Below are positions 1 through 7,796 of a stretch of DNA of 15,238 nucleotides, piece by piece. How positions within the stretch are numbered: position 1 is the stretch's first letter; the number at the start of each line of letters is the position of its first letter. This DNA comes from an uncultured Thiotrichales bacterium. GTDB taxonomy: Bacteria > Pseudomonadota > Gammaproteobacteria > GCA-2400775. The position numbers and the translations under genes were made by a program. The notes beneath the pieces were generated by a model. The model was not told where the DNA came from. It saw nothing but the letters and a program-made list of their open reading frames with translations, and searched no databases. The stretch is taken from positions 1-15,238 of the forward strand of contig CAYUVE010000036.1 of assembly GCA_964447985.1 (NCBI GenBank), read 5' to 3'.

Positions 1-1
1 C

Positions 2-118
2 CTCTTCAAGCTGAATCTGGCCTTGCTTCATTTCTTCTTCAAGCTGGCTAATTTGCTGATTGGTGTTGTATTTGAGTTTCTTATTCTCTTCTATTTTCGC
101 TTGTATTTGACTGCTTAG
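2..118 (+). CDS. Possible 3' end of an upstream gene (hydrophobic C-terminus, partial). Very uncertain.
   Basis: Frame 2 is open from the window edge to TAG at 116-118 and encodes a strongly hydrophobic tail (LFKLNLALLHFFFKLANLLIGVVFEFLILFYFRLYLTA). The region is low-complexity GCTTG/CTTCAAGCTG repeat DNA, so the open frame may be an artefact. The minus-strand alternative lacks any start codon. Confidence 0.25.
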   Translation, partial: LFKLNLALLHFFFKLANLLIGVVFEFLILFYFRLYLTA

Positions 119-138
119 CTTACCGTTCGCTTGCTCTT

Positions 139-1425
139 GTGCTTGGATTGCTTGGTTTAGCTCTATTATTTGCTTTAATGGTTTGGGGGATATTAATGCT
201 CTGGGCCAGCTTGTTTAGAGCTATCGGTATTCATTTCTTTTACGATGTATTTATAGAGGGCTGGTTTTATTATCCGGTAATTGCGCTAGCGTATGGTTTT
301 GGGATAATAATATTTAGAAGACTTACGCATATTATCGATACTATTTCGCGCATACAACAGGCATTGATGAAATTCCTGTTAGTCTTGATAGTATTTGTGT
401 CTATCATCTTTTTAATTACGCTTCCCTTTACAGGTTTATCACCGCTCTGGGAAAGTGGTGGGAGCGCACTCATTTTATGGATGCAAGCATTAATATTCTT
501 CTTTGTTAACGCTGTTTACCAAAATGACCCGGAATCTAGGCCCTACAATCAATGGCTTCATAAATTTATTTTTATTGGAATAGCATTGTTGCCTGCATAC
601 AGTGCGATCAGTTTTTACGGGTTGAGCTTAAGAATTGATCAATACGGTTGGAGTGTAGATCGACTTTGGGCATTTCTAATTTGGTTTCTCTTAGCTTTGT
701 TTTCTATTGGCTACCTTTGGGGAATTATCAGGCTTAGGGAAGGTTGGCAAAAGCAACTAAGCAAGGTAAATGTGTCGGTAGGCTTATTGGTTTTGGTGAG
801 TATGTTATTGGTGAATTCACCGATACTGGATTTTCGAAAAATTACCGTGATAAGCCAGTTGAATTTGTTGCGAGAAGGAAAAATTAGCGAGGAAGAATTT
901 AGTATCTATTACTTCAGTCGTAATTTGTCTAGGCCGGGTCGAGAGGCGCTGGAGAAATTGAAAAATAATAAAGAGTTAGCCAACCCTCAATTGGCAGCTC
1001 GAATTACTAACTTACTTAATAGCGCTGACAGAAATAAAATTTTGTCGAAAGAAGAGTTTATCAGTGCGATTCATGTTTCTGAAGGTCGCGCACCTGGTTC
1101 TCTCATTGACGTTATTTACTCGGACCTTTCCGGCCTTAAAAAATGGTTTCTTAGGGGTGATGAAACTTACTATCTGATGCCTCTTGAGTTAAACGATGAT
1201 GAAGTTTTCGAATATCTTTTTGTTATTAAAGAGAGCCATGGTTCTCATGTAGAGCTTTATGTTGTAAACGAAGAATCATGGTCTAAATTAGATTTTCATA
1301 GGGATAATGCTTGGGTGTACGACGATAAAAAGTTTCTTGAGGCTGTTAAGTCAGGCGAATACAGCTTAGCTAAGCCAAAATGGCCTAAGATTATAGTAGG
1401 GAATGAAGAGCTACAAGCAAGATAA
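139..1425 (+). CDS. Hypothetical integral membrane protein: about 230 aa of multi-TM N-terminus plus about 200 aa of soluble C-terminal domain. GTG start at 139; an alternative ATG lies at 178.
   Basis: A 428-codon ORF. The N-terminal half is rich in hydrophobic helices (for example LLGLALLFALMVWGILMLWASL, FLLVLIVFVSIIFLITLPF, LIWFLLALFSIGYLWGII). The C-terminal half is charged and soluble. I recognise no family. Confidence 0.7.
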   Translation: MLGLLGLALLFALMVWGILMLWASLFRAIGIHFFYDVFIEGWFYYPVIALAYGFGIIIFRRLTHIIDTISRIQQALMKFLLVLIVFVSIIFLITLPFTGLSPLWESGGSALILWMQALIFFFVNAVYQNDPESRPYNQWLHKFIFIGIALLPAYSAISFYGLSLRIDQYGWSVDRLWAFLIWFLLALFSIGYLWGIIRLREGWQKQLSKVNVSVGLLVLVSMLLVNSPILDFRKITVISQLNLLREGKISEEEFSIYYFSRNLSRPGREALEKLKNNKELANPQLAARITNLLNSADRNKILSKEEFISAIHVSEGRAPGSLIDVIYSDLSGLKKWFLRGDETYYLMPLELNDDEVFEYLFVIKESHGSHVELYVVNEESWSKLDFHRDNAWVYDDKKFLEAVKSGEYSLAKPKWPKIIVGNEELQAR

Positions 1426-1469
1426 TGATGAAAAGCTATTTATGTAATGCTAGCAGGTAGGTTAAACGT

Positions 1470-1997
1470 ATGAAATTAACACCAGTTATGGAAAAATATG
1501 TTCTTCATTGGGGGGAAATGGGTACCCGATGGGGGGTGAATAGAACGGTATCTCAGATACACGCTTTGTTATTTTTAGCTTCGAACCCGTTGAATGCAGA
1601 GGAAATTTCGGAGACATTATCAGTTGCTCGATCCAACGTGAGCACGAGTATTAAAGAACTGCAATCTTGGGGGCTAGTAAAAACCGTGCATATTCTAGGT
1701 GATCGCCGTGATCACTTTGAAACTATGAGGGATCCATGGGAGTTATTCCATATCATTATGGAAGGCCGTAAACAGCGTGAGCTTGATCCAACTATGTCTT
1801 TGCTGCGAGAGTGTGTTCTGGATGCGGAAAGTGATAAAGAAACACCGGAAAAAGTAAAAAGCAGAATGAAAGATGTGCTTCAGTTTATGGAGACTCTAGA
1901 TACTTGGCATAGCCAGGTAAAAAGTTTGCCTAGACCGACTTTGATTAAACTAATCAAATTAGGCGCAAAGGTTCAAAAGTTTATAGGTGTGAAGTAA
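1470..1997 (+). CDS. GbsR/MarR-family winged-helix transcriptional regulator
   Basis: GbsR/OpcR-type signature: RTVSQIHALLFLASNPLNAEEISETLSVARSNVSTSIKELQSWGLVKTVHILGDRRDHFET. This follows the RT.G.LL.S..PLS.EEL...L..S...VS...R.LE.WG.V......GDRRD.Y pattern. The protein is 175 aa. An RBS-like AGGTAGG lies upstream. Confidence 0.8.
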   Translation: MKLTPVMEKYVLHWGEMGTRWGVNRTVSQIHALLFLASNPLNAEEISETLSVARSNVSTSIKELQSWGLVKTVHILGDRRDHFETMRDPWELFHIIMEGRKQRELDPTMSLLRECVLDAESDKETPEKVKSRMKDVLQFMETLDTWHSQVKSLPRPTLIKLIKLGAKVQKFIGVK

Positions 1998-2013
1998 GGC
2001 TTTTTTTTGCTTT

Positions 2014-2039
2014 TTAATTTCTGTTTATACAGAAATTAA
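2014..2039. promoter_or_regulatory. Perfect 11-bp/4-nt/11-bp AT-rich palindrome, a candidate operator for the adjacent GbsR/MarR-type regulator
   Basis: The sequence ttaatttctgt-ttat-acagaaattaa is an exact inverted repeat. It lies 20 bp upstream of the RBS of the 2059 operon and just downstream of the regulator's stop. No U-tract follows it on either strand, so it is not a classic intrinsic terminator. Confidence 0.45.
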
Positions 2040-2058
2040 TGAATAAAAAGGAAAGTGT

Positions 2059-3348
2059 ATGAATATATTTCTAACAGGTGGAACAGGTTTCGTTGGTGGT
2101 TATATTTTAAATGCGCTCAGCAACGCTGGACATAACGTAATAGCCGCAGTGAGAAACACTGAGTCAGCTCATAATCGCTGGCCAAATATCACCCTAGTAG
2201 AAGCAGACTTTGCTAGAGATCATCAAGTAGAAGATTGGTTAGAAAAATTGGATGGTGTTGATGTCGTTATCAATGCTGTTGGAATTATTAGTGAAACTAA
2301 ATTCCAGAGCTTTGATGCCTTGCATGCGAAAGCACCCAGTGCGCTATTTCATGCAGCAGAAAAAGCCAATGTTAAACGTATAGTGCAAATCTCTGCTCTG
2401 GGGGTAGATGAACAATCATTCGTGGAATATCAGTTGAGTAAAAAAGTCGCAGATGATTGCTTGAGATCGTTAAATATAGATTGGGTAATACTTCAACCTT
2501 CTTTTATCTATGGCGTGGGTTCCACTAGTCTCAATTTCTTTAATGCCTTCTCCGCTCAGGGAGTTATTCCACTAATAGGGGGAGGGGGACAAAGAATTCA
2601 ACCGATTTATATTGATGACCTTGTACAAGTTGTTTTGGCTGCGATTGATGGTGACGCGCTTAAGAATAAAACGATACCCGTGGTAGGGCCACATGCTATG
2701 GATATTAGGTCTATATATAAAAAGCTGCACGCGTTTTTGGGTTTAGGTAAAACAAGGTTCATATCAATTCCTTACGAATTAGCACTTTTTGCATCGCATT
2801 TAGGCGTGGGGAAGCTTTTGGGGGCACCTCAATTTACTTCTGACGCTATAAAAATGCTTCGTGCAGGTAATACAAGCAATGTTGTTCGAATTGCAGGTTT
2901 GGATAATTACTCGCCTATTAGCTTTGATCAAGGGTTAGCTAAGATACCAGCACAGTCATCAGACCGATGGCATGCAGGATTATTTTTTTTAAAACCCTTA
3001 CTGCGGTATACAATTGGTTTCTTATGGATATTTACCGCTATTGTTTCAGCGTTTTTATTTCCTGCAGAAAGAAGTTATGCCTTACTCGCTAAAGTAGGCG
3101 TTAGCGAATATTGGGCACCATTTTTACTTTATAGTGCTGCCTCATTGAACTTTATTCTGGGTTTGGCAACATTATTTGCCTATCGAGTCTCGCTATTTGG
3201 TTTACTGCAAATAGCTGTGATAGTAATTTACACCACCTTTATTTCAATTGCGTTGACTGAGTATTGGTATCACCCCTTCGGCCCTGTCAGCAAAAACATA
3301 CCTATAGTTGTTGCTATCATGATCATGATGGTTCTAGAGAAAAAGTAA
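2059..3348 (+). CDS. NAD(P)-binding SDR/NmrA-like (epimerase/dehydratase-fold) protein fused to a C-terminal membrane domain of about 130 aa (4 predicted TM, possibly DoxX-like)
   Basis: N-terminal Rossmann motif MNIFLTGGTGFVGGYIL followed by ...AAVRN... as in atypical SDRs. Residues about 300-429 are hydrophobic helices (LLRYTIGFLWIFTAIVSAFLF, FLLYSAASLNFILGLATLFAY, LLQIAVIVIYTTFISIAL, IPIVVAIMIMMVL). RBS AAGGA upstream. Confidence 0.8.
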   Translation: MNIFLTGGTGFVGGYILNALSNAGHNVIAAVRNTESAHNRWPNITLVEADFARDHQVEDWLEKLDGVDVVINAVGIISETKFQSFDALHAKAPSALFHAAEKANVKRIVQISALGVDEQSFVEYQLSKKVADDCLRSLNIDWVILQPSFIYGVGSTSLNFFNAFSAQGVIPLIGGGGQRIQPIYIDDLVQVVLAAIDGDALKNKTIPVVGPHAMDIRSIYKKLHAFLGLGKTRFISIPYELALFASHLGVGKLLGAPQFTSDAIKMLRAGNTSNVVRIAGLDNYSPISFDQGLAKIPAQSSDRWHAGLFFLKPLLRYTIGFLWIFTAIVSAFLFPAERSYALLAKVGVSEYWAPFLLYSAASLNFILGLATLFAYRVSLFGLLQIAVIVIYTTFISIALTEYWYHPFGPVSKNIPIVVAIMIMMVLEKK

Positions 3349-3815
3349 TGGATTACGAAATAGTGAAATGGCTCCATATTTTAAGTGCCACCTTACTTTT
3401 CGGTACCGGTCTAGGGAGTGCTTTTTATAAGTATATGGGTGATAGATCTCAAGATATTTCAACGATTGCTTACACCAATAAGCATGTTGTGTTAGCTGAT
3501 TGTGTGTTCACTACACCTACAATCGTCATTCAACCAATTACTGGGCTGATTCTTGTTTCGATAATAGGGGGTTCTATTACCGATGTATGGGTAATACTTT
3601 CCATAGTTTTTTACACATTAGCGGGACTATGTTGGTTACCTGTTGTGGTTTTACAAATAAGAATGTCAAAAGCAGCTGAGGCTGCACGGTTAAATAATTC
3701 AGAATTACCAGATAGCTATTGGAGATACACGAATCAATGGTTTTGGCTAGGCATACCCGCTTTTTTGTCAATGATGCTAGTGTTTTTATTTATGGTATTA
3801 AAACCAGGGGCGTAA
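3348..3815 (+). CDS. DUF2269-family integral membrane protein
   Basis: The ATG overlaps the upstream TAA (TAATG), indicating translational coupling. The sequence MDYEIVKWLHILSATLLFGTGLGSAFY..., with four hydrophobic helices, is typical of DUF2269. The ORF track's 3264 start overlaps the upstream gene and is unlikely. Confidence 0.7.
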   Translation: MDYEIVKWLHILSATLLFGTGLGSAFYKYMGDRSQDISTIAYTNKHVVLADCVFTTPTIVIQPITGLILVSIIGGSITDVWVILSIVFYTLAGLCWLPVVVLQIRMSKAAEAARLNNSELPDSYWRYTNQWFWLGIPAFLSMMLVFLFMVLKPGA

Positions 3816-3819
3816 TACG

Positions 3820-4254
3820 ATGATAATCAAAGAAGATATAGCACCATATGTTTCCAAAGGCGATAAAGTCATACTGTTTGATGGGGTGTGCAAACTATGT
3901 AGTGCATGGAGTCGTTTTATCATCAAGTACGATACGGCCCATATATTTAGACTCGCTTCTGTGCAATCAAGAGAAGGGCAGTCGATTCTCAAACACTTTG
4001 ATCTTCCGACTGACTACTTCGAAACGATGCTCTATGTAGAAGAATGTGTTGCTTATGAGAAAAGCGATGCGCTATTCAAAGTATTGATACAGTTGCCAAG
4101 GCCGCTATGCTGGCTAGCTTGCGGCGCTATTTTTCCCAAGCCCGCACGCAATTGGGTCTATGACCGTATCGCCTTGAATCGCTATCAGCTATTTGGCAAG
4201 TATCAGCAATGTTTGCTTCCTCACCCTGATCACGAGACACGCTTTTTATCATGA
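3820..4254 (+). CDS. DCC-family (DUF393) thiol-disulfide oxidoreductase
   Basis: Hallmark motif ILFDGVCKLCSAWSRFI (FDGxCxLC) near the N-terminus. The protein is 144 aa. There is a 4-nt gap after the upstream gene. Confidence 0.8.
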   Translation: MIIKEDIAPYVSKGDKVILFDGVCKLCSAWSRFIIKYDTAHIFRLASVQSREGQSILKHFDLPTDYFETMLYVEECVAYEKSDALFKVLIQLPRPLCWLACGAIFPKPARNWVYDRIALNRYQLFGKYQQCLLPHPDHETRFLS

Positions 4255-4646
4255 CAGGTTCAGGATATGAAAAGATAAACTTAATGTCGAGAACGACATT
4301 AGCTTTCGTGTTCTTCTACCACGGATTGGTTTCAAAAATCATTATTATGGACGATTCAGAGCGTGAAATTATTGAAGCCCATGCGTTTTTATCTTCTTCC
4401 GATGCTATTTTATTGGCTTCTGGTGTGGCGGAAATTATCTTGGCTACACTGTTGGTCATTTTTAGGAACTCATTACTCACGATATATTTAGTAATAGTTA
4501 TATTGTTACTATTGTTGATCGATATCGCTCTATTTACGCCACATATCCTTTTTCAAGCGTTTAGCCCAGTAACTTTAAATATGGTGTGTTTAGTCCTGTG
4601 CTGGGTGGTGATTATCACTCATCAAAACAAAGGGGAATTACCATGA
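4251..4646 (+). CDS. DoxX-like family small membrane protein. An alternative start lies at ATG 4284.
   Basis: ATGA overlap with the upstream stop. The AFVFFYHGLVSKI motif and 3-4 TM helices match the DoxX-like architecture. Confidence 0.7.
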   Translation: MTGSGYEKINLMSRTTLAFVFFYHGLVSKIIIMDDSEREIIEAHAFLSSSDAILLASGVAEIILATLLVIFRNSLLTIYLVIVILLLLLIDIALFTPHILFQAFSPVTLNMVCLVLCWVVIITHQNKGELP

Positions 4647-6196
4647 GTGTTGATAAGAAATACGATGTTATCGTCGTTGGCGGTGGGTTGTCTGGTATGG
4701 CAACGGCGATGTTGCTGCAAAATCAGGGGAACAAGACGTTGCTTCTAGAAGCACATTCTCGCCTTGGCGGTTGTGCGGGGTTTTATCGTCGAGATAAGTT
4801 CAGTTTTGATATTGGTGCAACTACCTTGGTCGATTTTAATAAAGACGGTGTTGGCGGCAATTTTTTACAAAAAGTGGGTTTGCAACCAATAAAGGATGAA
4901 TTACTGCCTGGTTATATGGCGTGGTTGCCTGATCGTCGTGTGGAAGTCGCTTCTGACAATACTCGTTGGCAGCAAGAACGTTTAAAAATGTTGGGAGATT
5001 CTAATAGCCATAGAAGATTCTGGAATACGCTCGACGAAATAGCTGATACCTACTGGCAAGCTTCCAGGTCGGGATTAAAAATGCCCATGCGTTCATTCTC
5101 TGATATGTATCGAAATTGGAAGGCGCTAGACTTCAAAGGGTTGATGATGTCGCCATATTTGTTTTCATCAATGGGTGATTTACTTAGGAAAAATGGTTTG
5201 CAAAATGACCGTCCGCTAGTAGGTTTGTTATCAATGATGATAGAAGATACCGTTCATGCCAAAGTCGATTCCGCGCCCCTTATAAATTCGGCATTGGGCG
5301 TCACAATTCGAGGTGCAGGTTTGGCCAGACCAGTAGGAGGGATGCGCGGTTTCTGGCGTCAGCTTGCTAAACGTTATGTCGAGATTGGTGGCACAATTAA
5401 ACTGAATGCGTACGTTAATCAGATTAGTGGAAAATTAGGCAGTTTCTCAGTTAGAGCAAAGAAAAACAAGTTTCAAGCTTTACAAGTTGTTAGTGCATTA
5501 CCTATTCAAAATACTGCAAAAATTGCCTCACATTGCATAGGTAAGCAAGTGCGACAGTTTATCGAGCGTGATAATAAAGCCTTAGGTGGCGGTATAGTGG
5601 TATGCATCGGTGTTCCTGAGAACCAAGTGATAAATTCACCAAGCGGTCATCGTCACCATCAGCTGCTGCAGTCTTATGAGCGAGATCTGGGTAATGGAAA
5701 TAATATGTTTATTTCAATTTCTGCGGAGGAGGATACATTGAGTGCGCCTGAAGGGTTTCGCTCAGTAATGATTTCAACTCATTGTGAACTAGATGAGTGG
5801 AAATTTCTTAATCATTACGAATATCGAGCTGCGAAGAAAAGTATTACTAAAAAACTTATTACTTACGCTCGTCGCGTATATCCGGCCTTAGGTGAGACAT
5901 ACAAAGTGCTCGAGACGGGTACTCCACGTACTTATAAGTTGTTTACTGATCGTTTTGGTGGGTCAATTGGTGGTGCACGTTTGTCGATGCAAAATGCAAA
6001 TCAAAGAGCAGTACCTTACGACTTAGCCACTCCAGGACTATGGATGGTGGGCGATACGACATGGCCAGGACTTGGTACGGTCGCGTGTGTCATAGGTGCG
6101 AGCCACGTAAGTGAAGGCGTGATGGAGTTATTTCGCGATACTAAACTGCAAGTACGTTCTCATCGTAAAGGTTTAGTGCCGAGTTTACAGTTATGA
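4643..6196 (+). CDS. NAD(P)/FAD-dependent oxidoreductase of the phytoene-desaturase (CrtI/amine-oxidase) family
   Basis: Start at ATG 4643, preceded by AAAGGGG and overlapping the upstream stop (ATGA). The N-terminal dinucleotide-binding motif YDVIVVGGGLSGMATAMLL...LLLEAHSRLGGCAG matches the CrtI/amine-oxidase family. The C-terminal end ...GLWMVGDTTWPGLGTVACVIGA is also typical of this family. The protein is 517 aa. Confidence 0.8.
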   Translation: MSVDKKYDVIVVGGGLSGMATAMLLQNQGNKTLLLEAHSRLGGCAGFYRRDKFSFDIGATTLVDFNKDGVGGNFLQKVGLQPIKDELLPGYMAWLPDRRVEVASDNTRWQQERLKMLGDSNSHRRFWNTLDEIADTYWQASRSGLKMPMRSFSDMYRNWKALDFKGLMMSPYLFSSMGDLLRKNGLQNDRPLVGLLSMMIEDTVHAKVDSAPLINSALGVTIRGAGLARPVGGMRGFWRQLAKRYVEIGGTIKLNAYVNQISGKLGSFSVRAKKNKFQALQVVSALPIQNTAKIASHCIGKQVRQFIERDNKALGGGIVVCIGVPENQVINSPSGHRHHQLLQSYERDLGNGNNMFISISAEEDTLSAPEGFRSVMISTHCELDEWKFLNHYEYRAAKKSITKKLITYARRVYPALGETYKVLETGTPRTYKLFTDRFGGSIGGARLSMQNANQRAVPYDLATPGLWMVGDTTWPGLGTVACVIGASHVSEGVMELFRDTKLQVRSHRKGLVPSLQL

Positions 6197-6612
6197 CATA
6201 TCAAGAAAAAATATTATCTACGGTTTTCTTATCTGCCGCGATATACAACGTGGTATGGGGAGTCTTAATTATTTTCTACCCGAACTTGATATTCAAAGTC
6301 TTTGATATCGAACCGCTTAACTATCCGTTCTTAATGAGTGGTATCGGGATGTTTGTTGCCGTTTATGGATATGGATATTGGGTTGTGTCCAGAGATTTAT
6401 ACTGCTATCCGCAGCTTGTTGTTATAGGTTTGCTCGGAAAAACACTAGGGCCTATAGGATGGGGCTTTACTGTATTAAATGGCGATATTCCGGGGAGAAC
6501 ATTATGGGTCAATGTATTTAATGACTTAATTTGGCTACCATTCTTTGTTTATTATTTGTTTTGGTATCAAAAATATAAACAAAGAAATGATTTCAGCATC
6601 GACACCGCTTAA
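6193..6612 (+). CDS. Small hydrophobic membrane protein (139 aa), translationally coupled to the FAD oxidoreductase
   Basis: ATGA overlap with the upstream stop. Predicted TM helices: LSTVFLSAAIYNVVWGVLIIF, FLMSGIGMFVAVYGYGYWVV, LIWLPFFVYYLFWY. Confidence 0.65.
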   Translation: MTYQEKILSTVFLSAAIYNVVWGVLIIFYPNLIFKVFDIEPLNYPFLMSGIGMFVAVYGYGYWVVSRDLYCYPQLVVIGLLGKTLGPIGWGFTVLNGDIPGRTLWVNVFNDLIWLPFFVYYLFWYQKYKQRNDFSIDTA

Positions 6613-6700
6613 GTGAAATATAAGATTAGCGTTACAAAATAGAAATAGTGACAGCATAAGTATTCGCTTCTTTATAAAAACGTAGGGGTAATATTTCATT

Positions 6701-7711
6701 ATGAATAGTAATGAAAAAGATATTGTTAAAAAAGATTCTAGGTTGGAGTTTTCTGCTTGGATACCTCTTTTCGCTGGAGCCACTTATGGGATATTAATGC
6801 GAATCTTATTTGAGATGTCAAGCTTCTCAGATAAAGATTTAGAGGTGATGACTTTTGCATTTATCATTATCGTTCCTATTGCTGTGGGTGTTGTAACGGT
6901 TGTTTTTGCAGAAGCAAAAAAAAGTCATGGCTTTTTGTATTTTATCTTTGCGCCTTGGGCCTCCATTACTATATTTGTCCTTGGAACGGCTATCTCATTA
7001 CTTGAAGGTCTGATTTGTATTGCTATGGCATTTCCCCTTTTTCTTGTCCTCGGGTCATTTGGAGGCTTAGTCGCAGGTATAGTTACTCGGTATACGATTC
7101 ATAGAAAGTCCATTGTGACATGTGTTGGGGTGTTACCTATTTTGGTTGGGTTCTACGAAGCAGGAGAACCGATGTCAAATATCTATGCTGAAATCAGTAG
7201 AGATATTTATATTGAGGCGTCTCCGAATACAGTTTGGCACCAAATAAATTATCCAACTAACATTAAACCAAAAGAACTTAAAAACGGATTTGCTTATAAG
7301 ATAGGTGTCCCATATCCGATAGAGGCCAGAACGCTAGAGGAGCGTGTTGGTGGTATGCGAAACCTTATTTGGCAACGAGGGATCACCTTTCGGGAAGAGA
7401 TTACAGCTTGGGAGGAAAACAGATATATCGCATGGAATTATATTTTTGATAAAAATTCGTTTCCTCCTGGTTCAATGGATGATCATGTGGTGATTGGGGG
7501 TAAGTACTTTGACTTGAGAGAGACGTCTTATACATTAATACCAACGGGTAAAGGCACATTACTAGTACTCAAAGTTGGCTACAGAGTGAGTACTAGCTTT
7601 AATTGGTATTCTCAATTTTGGGGAGACTTTCTAATTGCTGATACAGCTGAGACTATACTGGAATTCTACAGGAATAGATCAGAAGCTAGCATAAGAAATT
7701 TATCTAAATAA
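6701..7711 (+). CDS. Membrane-anchored SRPBCC (Bet v1/START-like) domain protein
   Basis: About 130 aa of N-terminal TM helices, then a C-terminal region with an SRPBCC-like layout: IYAEISRDIYIEASPNTVWHQINYP...GGMRNLIWQRGITFREEITAWEENRYIAWNY. AGGGG lies about 12 nt upstream of the ATG. Confidence 0.65.
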   Translation: MNSNEKDIVKKDSRLEFSAWIPLFAGATYGILMRILFEMSSFSDKDLEVMTFAFIIIVPIAVGVVTVVFAEAKKSHGFLYFIFAPWASITIFVLGTAISLLEGLICIAMAFPLFLVLGSFGGLVAGIVTRYTIHRKSIVTCVGVLPILVGFYEAGEPMSNIYAEISRDIYIEASPNTVWHQINYPTNIKPKELKNGFAYKIGVPYPIEARTLEERVGGMRNLIWQRGITFREEITAWEENRYIAWNYIFDKNSFPPGSMDDHVVIGGKYFDLRETSYTLIPTGKGTLLVLKVGYRVSTSFNWYSQFWGDFLIADTAETILEFYRNRSEASIRNLSK

Positions 7712-7762
7712 TGTGACGAATAAGTCTAGACGTGCTAGTTAATTTTTTATTTAAAAAACTAT

Positions 7763-7790
7763 TTGACTTTTATTTTTTTAAGCGTAAGAT
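7763..7790 (+). promoter_or_regulatory. Sigma70-type promoter: -35 TTGACT (7763-7768), 16-bp spacer, -10 TAAGAT (7785-7790). An A/T-rich UP-like tract lies upstream.
   Basis: The -35 hexamer is perfect and the -10 matches at 4 of 6 positions, just downstream of the stop of the 6701 gene. The predicted TSS near 7797 would initiate the long non-coding region. Confidence 0.45.
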
Positions 7791-7796
7791 GCGCGC

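Noticed and set aside
1-214. Minus-strand open frame encoding a Q/E-rich coiled-coil-like peptide running off the window start
   Set aside because: No ATG, GTG or TTG start codon occurs anywhere in the open frame before the upstream stop at 215-217. It is probably an artefact of low-complexity repeat DNA.
1998-2040. Intrinsic terminator after the GbsR-like gene
   Set aside because: The T-run precedes the palindrome rather than following it, and no U-tract follows the stem on either strand. It is interpreted as an operator-like palindrome instead.
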